Shown: positions 51,238 through 64,000 of the stretch, in pieces
How positions within the stretch are numbered: position 1 is the stretch's first letter
How the letters are laid out: each line of letters opens with the position of its first letter
Assembly: GCA_003344405.1 (NCBI GenBank)
Contig: NOWV01000015.1
Span: forward strand, 620,001 to 684,000
DNA from: Trichoplax sp. H2
Lineage: Eukaryota
Length of the DNA: 64,000 nt
Direction of reading: 5' to 3'
The notes under the pieces: generated by a model
Database searches by the model: none
What the model saw: the letters and a program-made list of their open reading frames with translations, nothing else
Told to the model about the DNA's origin: nothing
Position numbers and translations under genes: made by a program

Positions 51238-52499
51238 TATGTTTAATAGCATATATATATATATATACTTATACCCGTATAATTTGTATATCCTAAAGAA
51301 ACCGTATCACGCACGGAAGTAAAATAGGAGCCTATGCTATCGCATGAGCATAACGCTCATTTTTCTTCGATCCTATGATTTGATATTGATAGGAAATGTA
51401 ACTCCATTGCTAACGACTAAATTTTAATAATGAATATTTGATACCGAATCCAAATTGTTTGATTTAACCTGCTGAGATTTTTATATTATATGGCTGTTGA
51501 TAATGCTGGTGCTGTATGATAATTAATATGCCATTAAATTTGTCTTACATAGTGATATTACGCTGTATATTATGTAAATGTAATAAATTAAAATAGTATA
51601 ATGTTTATTAGCCCGATCAAAAACGTGTTTATATTGATATTTCGAGTACGCCTTTAAGTAATACATGATTTGAGCTCTATTGTATGTTATGGTTGTTATA
51701 TTGTATAGCATTATTACCTTTGAGTCTCTTCATTAATTACTGCTTTGATGCAATCAGCATGTTTTGCTTACAAGATTTATTTTGCCATTCATAATATATG
51801 CGTACACGTACAGAACACGTATGATGCTTTATCAGAGTAATATCGGGCGTTGTTATAGTATGCGAGGTTGGTACCCGAACGATGGTTAAAAGAAGCGTCT
51901 ATAGCAGTTGTTTGTACGTACAGTAAACAGGATACAAATTTTCTCACTATCAGGGCCAATGATACCCGTTTACTAACTATACTAGGTTAGATATCAAAAC
52001 CTTTTCAATTTCGCTTTATCTTCGGTTATGATAATGACTGCGTATATCTTGCAAGAGTCATCAATTTTTAGAGTCCATGATTCATTAGTATTACAAGTGC
52101 TATCTATCATGCTAGCACCTTGTCATGAGTGATATCGCTATTGAAGATCATTAAGTGATTTTAGCCATTTATCGTTTTGAACTAATGTTCAATGGGTAGT
52201 AAAAGGTGTACATGCAAAGAACTCACACAAAGAATATGTGATGGAAACCGCTACAGACGTATACAGTAATAGCATTTGATTGCAGTACAAATTTCTTATT
52301 CAACTAGACACTATGAGTAGTTTCGTCCTCGTTGTAAAAACAAGATTGGGGAGTTTTGGTGGCAAGCTTTTTTGAACCTTTACCTTTTAAAACAAGTTGC
52401 TGATTTCATCATTGGCATGTAACCTTTCGAACAAGTTTGTTTACAGTGTTGCAGTCATATTTACTTTTCACTCTGATCCACAGGAATACTCTAGTCAGA

Positions 52500-53035
52500 C
52501 ACTGTGGTAGTGACATTATTTTTGCATTCGCCTTATATAGGATCAATATAATAAATCATTATTATGGATGCCGCGTTACCGGAAATGATGTCATGGCAAA
52601 ATTGCACAGTACGATACCATAGACTGTACACTGTACTGTACAGTACAGTAGTGAGTTGATCTGAGTTCAGCACTGTGATAGTGACATTATTTTTGCATCC
52701 GCCTTACGGATCAATATAATAAATCATTATTATAGATGCCGCACTACCGGAAATGATGTCATGGCAAAATTGCACAGTACGATGCCATTGACTGTACATT
52801 ACAATACTGTAGACTCTGCACTGTAGTGAGTTGATCTGAGTTCAGCACTGTGATAGTGACATTTTTTTTGCATTCGGCTTATGGAGCAATATAACAAATC
52901 ATTATTATGGATGACGCGCTACCGAAAATGATGTCATGGCAAAATTGCACAGTACAGTACACTGTACAGTGTACAGTGCACAGTACAATGCTGCAGACTC
53001 TACACTGTAGTCTACAGTAGTGAGTTCATCTGAGT
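52500..53035. repeat. Three tandem ~171-175 bp copies upstream of OGA-1
   Basis: cactgtg.tagtgacatt.tttttgcat.cg.ctta...caatataa.aaatcattattat.gatg.cgc..taccg(g)aaatgatgtcatggcaaaattgcacagtac starts at 52500, 52671 and 52846. Confidence 0.93.
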
Positions 53036-53060
53036 ACTGTACAGTACTGTACAGTATACT

Positions 53061-53251
53061 GTAGTTAAGCCCATTGGAAGAGATGCAATTTGAGGTCTGA
53101 AACTCTTGCTCACGCGGCTGTACGGAGTACAAGCCTTACTGTACATCTCAAGTGTTGTTGTTCTATGCCGGCGAAAGGCTTGCACTCCGTACAGTCGCGT
53201 GAGCAAGAGTTTCAGACCTCAAATTGCATCTCTTCCAATGAGCTTGACTAC
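53061..53251. repeat. Long inverted repeat: ~77-bp arms (53061-53137 and 53175-53251), 37-bp spacer; MITE-like or hairpin
   Basis: gtagttaagcccattggaagagatgcaatttgaggtctgaaactcttgctcacgcggctgtacggagtacaagcctt is the reverse complement of aaggcttgcactccgtacagtcgcgtgagcaagagtttcagacctcaaattgcatctcttccaatgagcttgactac, with 4 transition mismatches. Confidence 0.93.
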
Positions 53252-53730
53252 CGTGTACAGTGTACAGTAGGCCATGGTACTGTAGAGTACAGAATAAAGT
53301 AAACATCAACCATTGCATCATCGCAGACGAGAAAAAAACCGTCAAGATTGCAAGAATCAACCTCTCTCTCTCTCTTTCGGTGCATAATAAGCCTTCTTGA
53401 AGTATTTTAGTTTAGTTAAGGTAAGTCAATGGTTTTGAATCAGTTGAATGAATGCCTTATTCATTTTTTGGCCTGCTGTTTGTATGCATTAATTATCAGT
53501 TAATAACGACTAGAATAACTATGAGTACACAGTCAATACGTGAATATTATTGGTCAATCAGACCTTTGTTCATTAATCAGGAAACAATAGGTAGCACGGC
53601 TATTGTATCACGAATTGTAGATTAAGAAAAAATAACGGAACCATTGCACATTTTCTTTTGGTTATCGTCGCGGGGTAAGTCGTCGATTTACCAACGTGAG
53701 AGAGATTAGAAGAGTAACAGCGTGAAAAAA

Positions 53731-56700
53731 ATGAATCACAATTTCATCTGTGGCGTGATAGAAGGTGAGTAGATGATGATTGAGGATAAAGGATTGCTTG
53801 GATGTTTGGATTGAATTCAATACAAACGATTGGCATAGAAAGAAAAAAATAGCTAGATAATGTAGTTGTAAAGAACGGAGTGAAAAGTTTGTATTGAGAT
53901 GTAGATTTTTTTTCAAAATACATTGATTGTAATGTGTAGAATGACTGTAAGATACTAATTCAATCCAATTTTGGATTTTATGTTTATGTAACCATCAATC
54001 TGTCGTTGGCCGATCGATCGATTAGGATTTTATGGATTGCCATGGTCATTCACCGATCGTTTAGACCTTTTTGAAAGGTAAATAATTCAACATGGCGACG
54101 TATGTTGTATACCGTTGAGATATTGACAGTGTTGTTAGTCAAAAGAATCATAACGCTCGACGATAGCCGTAATCGGATAAAATAACGTCCAATGCTTTAT
54201 CGATAGCATTGTCTGGAAACGATTGGATAGTTATTTTATCCATAGAGAAGATAGCATGCTTGCATTCTCCTTGGTTCATCGTCAAAATCGTTTCAAATTT
54301 GTCTGGAAAAAAAATGTCCCATTAACGCGCTTTTTACTCTTGTCGTATCCACTGCTTTATTAGTCATGTCATAAATAGTTCTAATTATGCCCTTTTGTTA
54401 TGCCCAATTGTCATTGATGACGAAGTTATTTTCTATTGCAATACTCGATAGGATGTTTGCTTTCATTGATTGTTCATGTAGCCGAGTTGACATCACACTT
54501 GGACTGGACAGTATACTTGTACACTTTTATGTGTCAGTAATTTCATCAACATTAATTTGCGTAGTATAATGAGTTTACAAATAAGTCTTTTTCATCCTTT
54601 TCGTCCATCTTATTATGATATCATTGTACTTGTGGCACTTAATCTACTGATTTTGTTGATCTACTTCTATTCATTTCTACTATTTCAAATCAATTTTAGA
54701 CTTAAAAAATGGGGACTTAATACCTACATTTACGGCCCCAAAGATGATTACAAACATCGTTCAGCGTGGAGGGATTTGTATACTGAAACTGAAGCAGGTA
54801 AGATAGCCTTGAAAAAATATAAAAATAAAAATAGGCTGGCATACCAGCACTGTATTAAAGCTGTCATGACTTATTTTTACAAACGTAATATTTTTTGAAA
54901 GCAAGAAATTGAATCGCAGTTCAGTCGCTTAAATCGTTTTTAATGTACAGTAGATCGGCAAATGTTGTTTTTTCCATAAAAATGGAAAAAGATCGCTCTA
55001 GACTAGCTAGCGATCCTTTGAACATTAATCCATGATTAGAGTATAATGTGATATTAACGCATCCAACTCTCTTACCATACTGCACTGATTAGATTAGACA
55101 TACTGTATTATTATTTATTCTACAGTACAGTACATGCACTGTACAAGTGAGCTACTTCTAAATTGATACCGTCACCGATAAATAAAAGTTGATAATTTCC
55201 AACTTGACTACTATAGGTGAAAACTGATGCAGTAATAGTAATCACAAATTTTCGATCACTTTAGGCCTATTTGATCAGCATTTTAACCATACTTAACCTA
55301 TACGCGTATTGTGGTTGACGTTGCTTATGGACTATTTTCAACTTATCTGTCTTCATTCCACTAGATTTATTTAGAGCGCTGATAAAAAATGCCATCGTAA
55401 ACGATGTTATTTTCGTTTACGCAATTTCACCTGGAAATGATATCTGTTATTCAAACGCTAGCGATATTGCTGCATTAAAAGACAAACTTGATCAGGTTTG
55501 CCTCTTCTCGGTCGAGACGAGTACCGAAGCGCCTTAACTTTTGAATCGTTTTTCTTAATTGTTATTTTCTCGTAGAATAATGTTATTGTTAACACGTATT
55601 GTGTCTATTTTTTTTTTCAGGTTCGTAGCTTTGGCTGCGAAGCATTTGCCGTTTTTTTCGACGATATTTATTGTACTATGAGTAAGAAAGATAAGGGGAA
55701 TTTTGCAAGTTTCGCTGATGCCCATGTTTATATAGCTAATTTAATTTACGAACATTTAAACAGACCGGCCGTATTTATGTTTTGCCCAACTGGTAATGAA
55801 AAGTTGATCATCTTTCTCATGACTAACATACATATTGTAGGATTTGCTAATAGTTATATCCCAAACCTGTATTAACAGCCATATCTGTGCCATTTCAGAG
55901 TATTGTGCTACTCGAGCTGTCCCAAGTGTAGAAAATTCTCCTTATTTAACAGTGATTGGCGACAAGCTCCATCCCGACGTTAAAGTATTATGGACAGGTA
56001 AAATAATGAGTTAATCTGATGAATGCCATTGTATTCGGACTACATTGTTCAATAATGATGGGGGGTGCATTGCAATGCTCCCTTTACGTTATTACTAGTA
56101 TTACTACGTGCTAGCTGTATGAATCCTAATCAATCACCTTTGGCAATCAATTACAACGATCGAGAAAAATAATATAGCTTCTTCCTTTTGTTTTCAATGA
56201 CGATTTATAGGACCAGACGTGATTTCACCGTTTATATCGGTCGATTCCATTCTCGCATTACAAGAAATTTTAAAGCGTAAACCGATAATATGGGATAATA
56301 TTCATGCCAACGATTATGATCATTCCAGAATATTCTTAGGGCCGTATCAAGATAGGCCTATTGAACTGGCTAAGGTCTTAAGTGGTGTTATTACAAATCC
56401 AAATTGCGAGTATAGAATGAATTATGTACCTATTCGAACATTTTCATTATGGTGTCAAAGTCAAGATAAAGATGATGTCCAATACAGTGCAGAAAGTGCT
56501 CTCACTTGTGCAGTTGAAGAGTGGGTTAAAGAATTTTCTGTTCCGTCTCAATTAAATATTGATCAAGAAAATATTGCTGTCACCATGAAAGATGGGATTG
56601 CTAAAAAGGACATGACAGTAACTACTGAGCATTTATTGCTTCTTATTGATATATTTTATTTACCGCATAAATACGGTCGACATTCGATTCACTTGATTAA

Positions 56701-57911
56701 CATGGCTCGTTGGTTACAAGTGAATAGCAATATGATCACTTCTACGAAGGAAACCGACAAAGCTACTTCTCCTTCGGTAAAGGTAAATTATCTTGTACTG
56801 CCTGTATCCTGATAAAATACCGTACTATGTTGTTTTGATGATAAAATCTGCACTCTAATATCGATCAAAAAAAGAGACAGGAGTAAGAGTGTGTTGATCC
56901 TATTTACTAGTTTGTTCAATCTTTTAAAATCGGTACAATATTTTAATCGGATATAAACGTCATTAATTGATTGATTGTAATTCAATTTAAAACTGGGGAA
57001 GCTATTTGTTGGACGTAATTAGTTGTTGAATTCATAATCATTTTGGTTATAAATTCAGTATATTCATTTTTCTTCTACTATAGCTTGCTTGATACTGCTT
57101 ACGCATTTTTACACAGCGATGGCCTGATAATCTATAGTATTAATAGAAACAACTAATTTGACTACAAATGCTTATTTGTGCTACTATTATAATTGTGTTG
57201 TTGTGGAACTTATTTGGAAGTATTGTTGTATGTGTTGAAGATCTCATTCACGGTGTACTTATTTTCTAGATGTGGTTTCAAGTATTTAACGAATTTAATA
57301 GCTTGTGCCAAGGCATTTTACTTCTATATGATTACCTAACAATGTGTCCTAATCAAGCAATCTCTCGGGAATTAAATTCGTATATAATCAATTTAAAGAA
57401 GATCTTTCATATTCTATCCCTACATATCAACTCCCTTGGTGAGTAATGATGCTTATGTACTAGTATGTTATTTTTTCCTGATAGATAGACTGATAAGTTA
57501 ACCTACTCTAACAAACATGTATTTGTATTTGTTGATGTGAAACTTTGTAATTGTATTTGGATTGGCTCCTCTTATAGGCACCGAAGCTACGAAGCATTCT
57601 TCTGATGCCACTGATACTGTCGATTCCTCTGATGCTGTTGTTTATGGTGGTATATTAGGAGAAGTAGTCGTAAGTAAAAACTTATAAGCAGTTTCAGAAT
57701 TAACACTGACTTTATATAGCATCACTTTACGTACATTTCTAATATGTTACTATTACGAAATTATCCGTAGAAAATCATAAAAGAGGGAAGTGACGGTGAT
57801 TTGAAAAGTTCCCAACAACAAGTAACAGCTTGTGCAATAGAAGTTTCTCTAAAGAACAGCGATGCAAATATGGGTGCAGATATACCCACCAATGCCACTG
57901 TAATTGGATGA
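53731..57911 (+). CDS. OGA: O-GlcNAcase (GH84) paralogue 1, short form without the pseudo-HAT domain. Exons: 53731-53764, 54026-54077, 54700-54797, 55365-55495, 55621-55792, 55899-55997, 56211-56782, 57270-57438, 57578-57669, 57771-57911
   Basis: [45 protein letters not shown] (catalytic Asp-Asp); [56 protein letters not shown] at 57909-57911 followed by AATAAA at 57921. Confidence 0.92.
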
Positions 57912-60900
57912 TTTTGAAGAAATAAATAGATTCGTAATGTATGAATATCTACATGACATGATATATATGATAGGTGTTTACAGTTAGTAAAGATCTTCGA
58001 AACTCTACTATAATTATCTACAGCGCAGTTGTACTTAATTGCTCTATACGACACTGTAATATTTATGAGAGGTTATATTTTCTACGTTCGATTTTTTGTT
58101 TAAAACATTTTATAGGTGATTAATATAAGTTTTGCTAAGTTAGTATTATTAATATACACAGGACTCCGTTTACGAACTTATGATACCGTATGATACGATT
58201 AAATTGAACTCGAATTATTTATTACTGTTATTTACGTAGAATCCTTTGACGTAATATTGGAATTTTACGTAAGGCAAAACATGAAGTACTGTTAGCGATG
58301 ACGATATCTGTATTGATTGTAAAAAACAAATACAACCCTGAGTACGGTATATTAGCTTAAATCCGAAAATAGGTCGAAGAACATTATAAAGGATAGTTAA
58401 GATTGTTTTACAATTCTATAATAAAAACTTTTCGATATAAACGATTGTTAACCTTGCTGTACTGTTTGTGTTGCTCACCAATTATTGCTGTGATGACAGT
58501 TCTTGAATTAAAATTGCATGAGGTAGGTTGATGTATACAGTTAGCAATCCTAAGAATCATTAATAGTGATACCGGAGAAAATGGCTGTCAATGAAACGAT
58601 TATGCATTTACAATACAGTCAACGGAAACTGCTAGTGTTGTCAAATGAGAAGCTGAAATGACTCAACGAATATATATTGATGATACAGTGAGACGAGTGA
58701 AATGATACAAATCCATCTCGACAGTCTTATTTAAAGGCATGATAGTTTACTGTATATGTAGTATACTCGTATTACAATTCCGTAAATTACGGTTTGAATG
58801 CAAACGATTTGGATTGGGTCTATTACCCCAATAGCGTTCATGAAAATTTTATATCGAATCCAGTTTCTGACTATTAGTCTGCAGATTGTGGTTGAAGATA
58901 TTCAGCATTCTAACCGTTCTACTGTATAGTACTCGCATAAGCGATGATCTCTGGTGATTCGGTTTTTAACAAAACTAATCGTTATGCTTTTGTCCGCTTC
59001 CATTCCCAGTATCAAGTACACCTACTACAACGCTAAGAATATTACACCTTTAATATACAGTATTCAATTTCGGTATTAGTTAGACAAATTCAACATCAAA
59101 TTTTGCCTAATCAAACAGGCTCATTTTCACCTTGGCTTAAAATCAATATACACCTACTACAGGAACGGTATGGTTCTCCAACAGAAGTACCTGTGTGATT
59201 AAGAGCCATTTTATCGAAACAAATTATCAATAGTAAAGTGCATAATTCTGAACAGTTTAAGGTAGATAGTACAGAATAGAAGCACTTTTAGTTAAAGATG
59301 ACGGTGACGGACAGTAAAGCTTTAGGGCCTGGTTCAAATTGGTTACTCGTTATTATAAGGCAAAATTATGAGGACAATTGATAATAAATAAAAAAATGGT
59401 TTTGTTCAATCTCGGACTATCCTTCCTATAGCTATAAAAAGTTACGTGATACCGGTCACAGGGATACATGCTCAAGATAACTCAACAGGACAAGAGTTCT
59501 GTATTCTACTGTACTGTATTTTGACGTGCTGACAATGGATAATATAAATTGGCTTTCTTCCACCTCGGATCACATTCAAAAACTCAGCAGGGACTATCCA
59601 AAGCATTTAAAATATTGCACGCGCGTTTAGCTTCGCGTACATAGCGTATTTCTATTAGTATCATGGTTCAGTTCCGCTACTGTATTGTCTCGTTTCCAAT
59701 CTTTGATCATTGCCGTAGGTTAATTTGACACGCTAAATGAGTAGAGATATCTTATGATACGTCAAAAGCATCTTGCTGAACTGTAGTGCATCGTTTGGAA
59801 TAGTGCCGCTAATAGTGTTCGCTGCAAAATCAGCAGAGAAATCTTACAGTAGAAGCATCTTTCTGTACTTTAGTGAACTATAGTAGTAGTACTGTACATT
59901 AAATCAATGCTTTCAATCAACATAACAAGAAAACACTTTGCTAACGAGATGAACAGTACAGTAAATTCAGTTCACTGAGGAAAATCAGCAATTTCTACGT
60001 ATGTTAGTTACTGTAGTTTGCATAATACTGTAAATTAGTATAACATAACTGATTGGTTGTGCTAGAATAATTAGAATCATTCAAGCGAAGAGAAGAAGAA
60101 AAGAGCTTTACCATAGAGAAGCAATGTGTTGACAACACGAAGTGACTGATTTGTACTGTGCATTACGACACACTATGCCATCGATGTAGAAACACAGTAA
60201 AGTCAATTTGGTTAAGTGAGGGATATACAGTATAGCTGGTGCAGTAAGCCATTGATGACAGTAGGTGTTTGTTTCAGTGAAAAAGCGTAGAATCGCCGAT
60301 CCATGCGAGTGGTAGGCTAGTATTATTGCTTAAGCAAAGAGAAGGAGAATAGAATAAAGCTTGACAACACAACAGAGAAGAAATGTGTCCGCCAGTAGAG
60401 GGCAGTAAAATAGAGTACAAGAGAGTGTAGACAAGCCAAGTAAAACGTACACTGAGTTGTACAATAGTATAACAAGCATTTACCCTATCGGTAGTAGCTT
60501 AAAAAATAGACTAGAAGTCGTCCTAGGCAGTAAAATTCCCCAAAATAAATATTGGATTAGCCGAAATAAGCTGAAAACTGCTAACCAGACTACCCAATTC
60601 AAACTGGAATGTTGTAGACAATAGGCGTCTACTTGTCCACTCCCTCCGTCTCCATGACAATGGAAAAGGCTTGCCACTCATTCAATCCATCATGGTAAAG
60701 TATACTGTATGGGACAGGTGTTATCATGCCTATTGTATGTATCCCACTGTGAAAAGTTCTTCTTTACTATGATACGCTATCGTTCACCGTATAGTACCGC
60801 CTAGAATAGTACCAGTACTGTTGTACTCGGACTCAATACGCAACCGCACAACCAATCCTTGGTGTTGCAAGCAGAAAGGATCACGTCCATTTTTTCCTAT

Positions 60901-60982
60901 TCTATTGCAAAAAGTGAATTAACAACGGAATTAACTTATATTATCCAAGGAAAATTATCCCATTAGACCTACTCTTGCAGCG

Positions 60983-63900
60983 ATGACATCTGATAAATTC
61001 CTTAGTGGCGTGGTTGAAGGTATACTAATATGAAGATGAATTGTAACTGTGATTATTAGCGTACTATTATGATGACTGTACATCACCATGATAACATCCA
61101 GTTACAGCGGTGGACCTGTGATCAATCGATCATCTCGCTGCTGTAATATGGATAAATGAATGTGCCAGTATTTTCTACTATTGATGAATGAAAGGATAAT
61201 TTTATCCAAGATAACCTTCACTAGAAGTATTTAACTTTAGCTCCATGGATCACTAATATTTGTAGGCCAAGACTACTTTCCTGTCAATAAAGTAAATAGG
61301 ATATTCCATTCGATTAGATCAAGATACAAGCACTTGAAAAAGTATAACGGGTAGATGAGTAAAAATGGTCTTATACAAACTATTCTCATTAGAAACTATA
61401 GTAACAATGATAGTTAATTAGCTTTGCCATAACTTATATATATTATTACTATTACAATTTGATTGTAATTTTATCATATATCCGGGGTATTTGTAATAGC
61501 GATTTGATAATTAATCATAAGAATCAAGTATTGATCGATGGTATTTTCCACTCATTCATGATCACAATGGTTCTTCCTTGCCTAGTTAACCTACAAAAAT
61601 TATTAGAGTAATCACATAACACAACGTATGAATGTTCTGTATCGTACATAGCATGTTGCAGCAAAATCTGATTATATAAGCATACAACTACTGCGGCTGC
61701 CATTTCCAATTATGTGAAGAATGCCACTGTTTAGTTCCCCGTAACAGATACAAAAATATAATTACAGTGTAGAAGACTACTAGATAATACAATCCCTTCT
61801 CTACTAGACGATAAATACGGCATACTGTAGTAGGATCAACTATCAAAAATGCAGAAAGTACAGTATAGATGTTGATGATAATCTAATCTAGTTGTAAAAA
61901 ATATTGTTTGCAAAATCCTAGTAACCAACGTACCAGTTTATCAATTTCTTTACTCCATAGCGCACTCTTTTGAAAAATGGAAGGCTTTAATAAGATAATT
62001 TTATAAACTGATATACTGTATACTAAATATACTGAAAAAGTGATGACTTTATCGCTATATGTATTGTATTTATAGTAGGTACGAGATCAATCGCAGTAAG
62101 CAGTTTCTAAAGTTAAGCATTTTACGCTCTCATTTACAAATATCAAATTCTATTGATTACAATACTATGCGACGTCCTGTATGTATGGTGATAGTGAGAG
62201 TAGTAATCCCATCACTTCATACATGTGTAAAGACAACTGTAATAGCTGATTTCTGAAGTTAGAGATTTATTTTTTAAATTTATAGACTGCAATACAAAAT
62301 GTAAATACAAGTATACGAGTCTAAATAACAACAACTAATTTTGAAATTGAGAACTTTTTACCCTCTGGTTTGTCCAATTTCAATACCATTTCGACTGTAC
62401 TGTATATAATGAATAAACCATCGTCTGTAAGATAATTTGATAGAAATACATAATGATGTTAGACCGTACGTATGTAAAAAAGTATGTATTTTTGAAGCAT
62501 TATAGTCAAATAAGCTATACGCCTACGTTTTTACTGATGATAATCATGAGCCTTTAGAAAAATAACATATTTTTCTAAAAAGCCCCAGCCTAATAACCTT
62601 CTGTTTCTAATATGGTATCAACCTTCTCATATCTTGTTTGCTATAAATTATTAATTGGATATATCTAATGAATTAACTTTCGATATTTAAGATTCAACTT
62701 TTTTATAATAACAATGAATGTGAAACGGAGGTTAAGATTACTAAATACGATACCGTACTTGTGGCTATGTATGGAATTTTAAATTATTAACTGTTAAATA
62801 TATTGCCAACCCTAATGCTAGGTTTCTACGGCAAGCCGTGGAGTTTCGAGCAGCGCAAGACTTTATTTTCAAAGTAAGCGATATTTCATATTTTAGATAA
62901 ACGCATGCATTTGACATTACTAGTCTAAGATATTGTAGTGCAAATCAACTAAATAAATATAATAATAAGACATTACTCTCATATGTATAAATATAATCTA
63001 ACATAGTTTTATACGTAGGTAGTAATTACTGATCTTGCAGCCCGAAATTAATTCCAATTCATTTAAACCCTAAAAAAATACGTTACATTTAAAGTATTTT
63101 ACGTTAGCATACATTACACTCTTATTACGTGATATGCAGATCTTTGTAGTCCTTTTGAACGTCATAGAAATAAGTAATAGCTGGTTTATTAATCAGTTGT
63201 TATTTATTTTTCAATAACTATTACAGCATGGCCAAGTGGGGGTTAAATACGTATATGTACGGGCCTAAAGATGATGAGAAGCACCGTGCTGCATGGAAGC
63301 AAGCTTATTCCAAGCGTGAAGGGGGTAAACTCCTATTTGCGAAATTATTTAAATCTAAATCGTTAAAATTAATGGTACATATCACTCTATAAGGGTCTTT
63401 GCTTTTTATTTAAATCTCACAGATAGCCTACGAGCTCTAATACGGGCAGCTGAAGAGAGTGGCATTTTATTCATTTATGCTATCTCACCAGGTGTTGATA
63501 TTACATATTCCAGTAATCGTGATATGAAATTTCTAAAAGACAAGCTTGATCAGGTGGGTAGTTTTTTAATGCTTTCAAACTTTATTTTAATATCTAATGA
63601 AATTGGCATTGGGTGTGCCTATAATATTAATCTTTGGAAAGCACTTGGGTAATACTCTGATAAGTAGCCTTGAATTGTTCCATAACTAAATAATACGACT
63701 TCTTTTAGAAGAAATAGGTTCATCAGTATTTATGCATATTTTTCTACTTAACTGTTTACCATTAGCTGTATAATCGCCGTATTTGTTAACGATCAACATT
63801 TATAATGGACATATGGGTATTGTAGTCATCATGCGAGTATGTCACAAATAATGTCTTATCTTATTTTACTCTTTTGACGTACACGTGATATACTAAAATA

Positions 63901-64000
63901 TTATAACTTTACGTGTATTCAGATACAAAATTACAATTACAATTTAAAATCTGTGATGTTCGCATATTAAATATCCTTAGAATGTATTAAAAGCAATTAT
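60983..64000 (+). CDS. OGA: O-GlcNAcase paralogue 2, 5' part only (exons 60983-61019, 62822-62873, 63227-63324, 63423-63553; continues beyond the window)
   Basis: MTSDKFLSGVVEG|FYGKPWSFEQRKTLF; WGLNTYMYGPKDDEKHRAAW; FIYAISPGVDITYS...LKDKLDQ. Intron positions and phases match paralogue 1. An additional upstream exon is possible (acceptor at 60980). Confidence 0.9.

Noticed and set aside
52905-53360. Four overlapping ORFs, with shared peptides on opposite strands
   Set aside because: Artefacts of the inverted repeat and TACTGTACAG-rich sequence.
1-64000. tRNA, rRNA, transposase or reverse-transcriptase genes
   Set aside because: None recognised by eye; a tRNAscan/Infernal/RepeatMasker run would be needed to exclude small or degraded ones.

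Overview
AT-rich, intron-dense animal genomic DNA. Gene content and style suggest a placozoan such as Trichoplax (inference, not proven). I assembled the exons by hand from GT-AG sites and frame continuity. Left to right: a possible first exon of an unidentified minus-strand gene (675-815); decayed LRR-like coding remnants (~1.9-3.8 kb); a complete 19-exon Apaf-1-like gene (CARD-NB-ARC-WD40, ~1302 aa) ending in an unusual (RR[LI]SFD)x4-KKKES-CIIC tail; a truncated TPR-Roc pseudogene; its intact tandem paralogue, a ~1250-aa TPR-Roc-COR-Death domain Roco gene convergent with Apaf-1; a KDM3/JMJD1 demethylase; M17 leucine aminopeptidase (LAP3); ZDHHC16 with a probable U12-type intron; a tandem plus inverted repeat block; and two tandem O-GlcNAcase genes (the first without the pseudo-HAT domain, the second running off the window). 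The best candidates for new biology are a death-fold/NTPase sensor cluster at 2-26 kb with signs of birth-and-death evolution, and a putatively prenylated, phospho-switchable Apaf-1 C-terminus.
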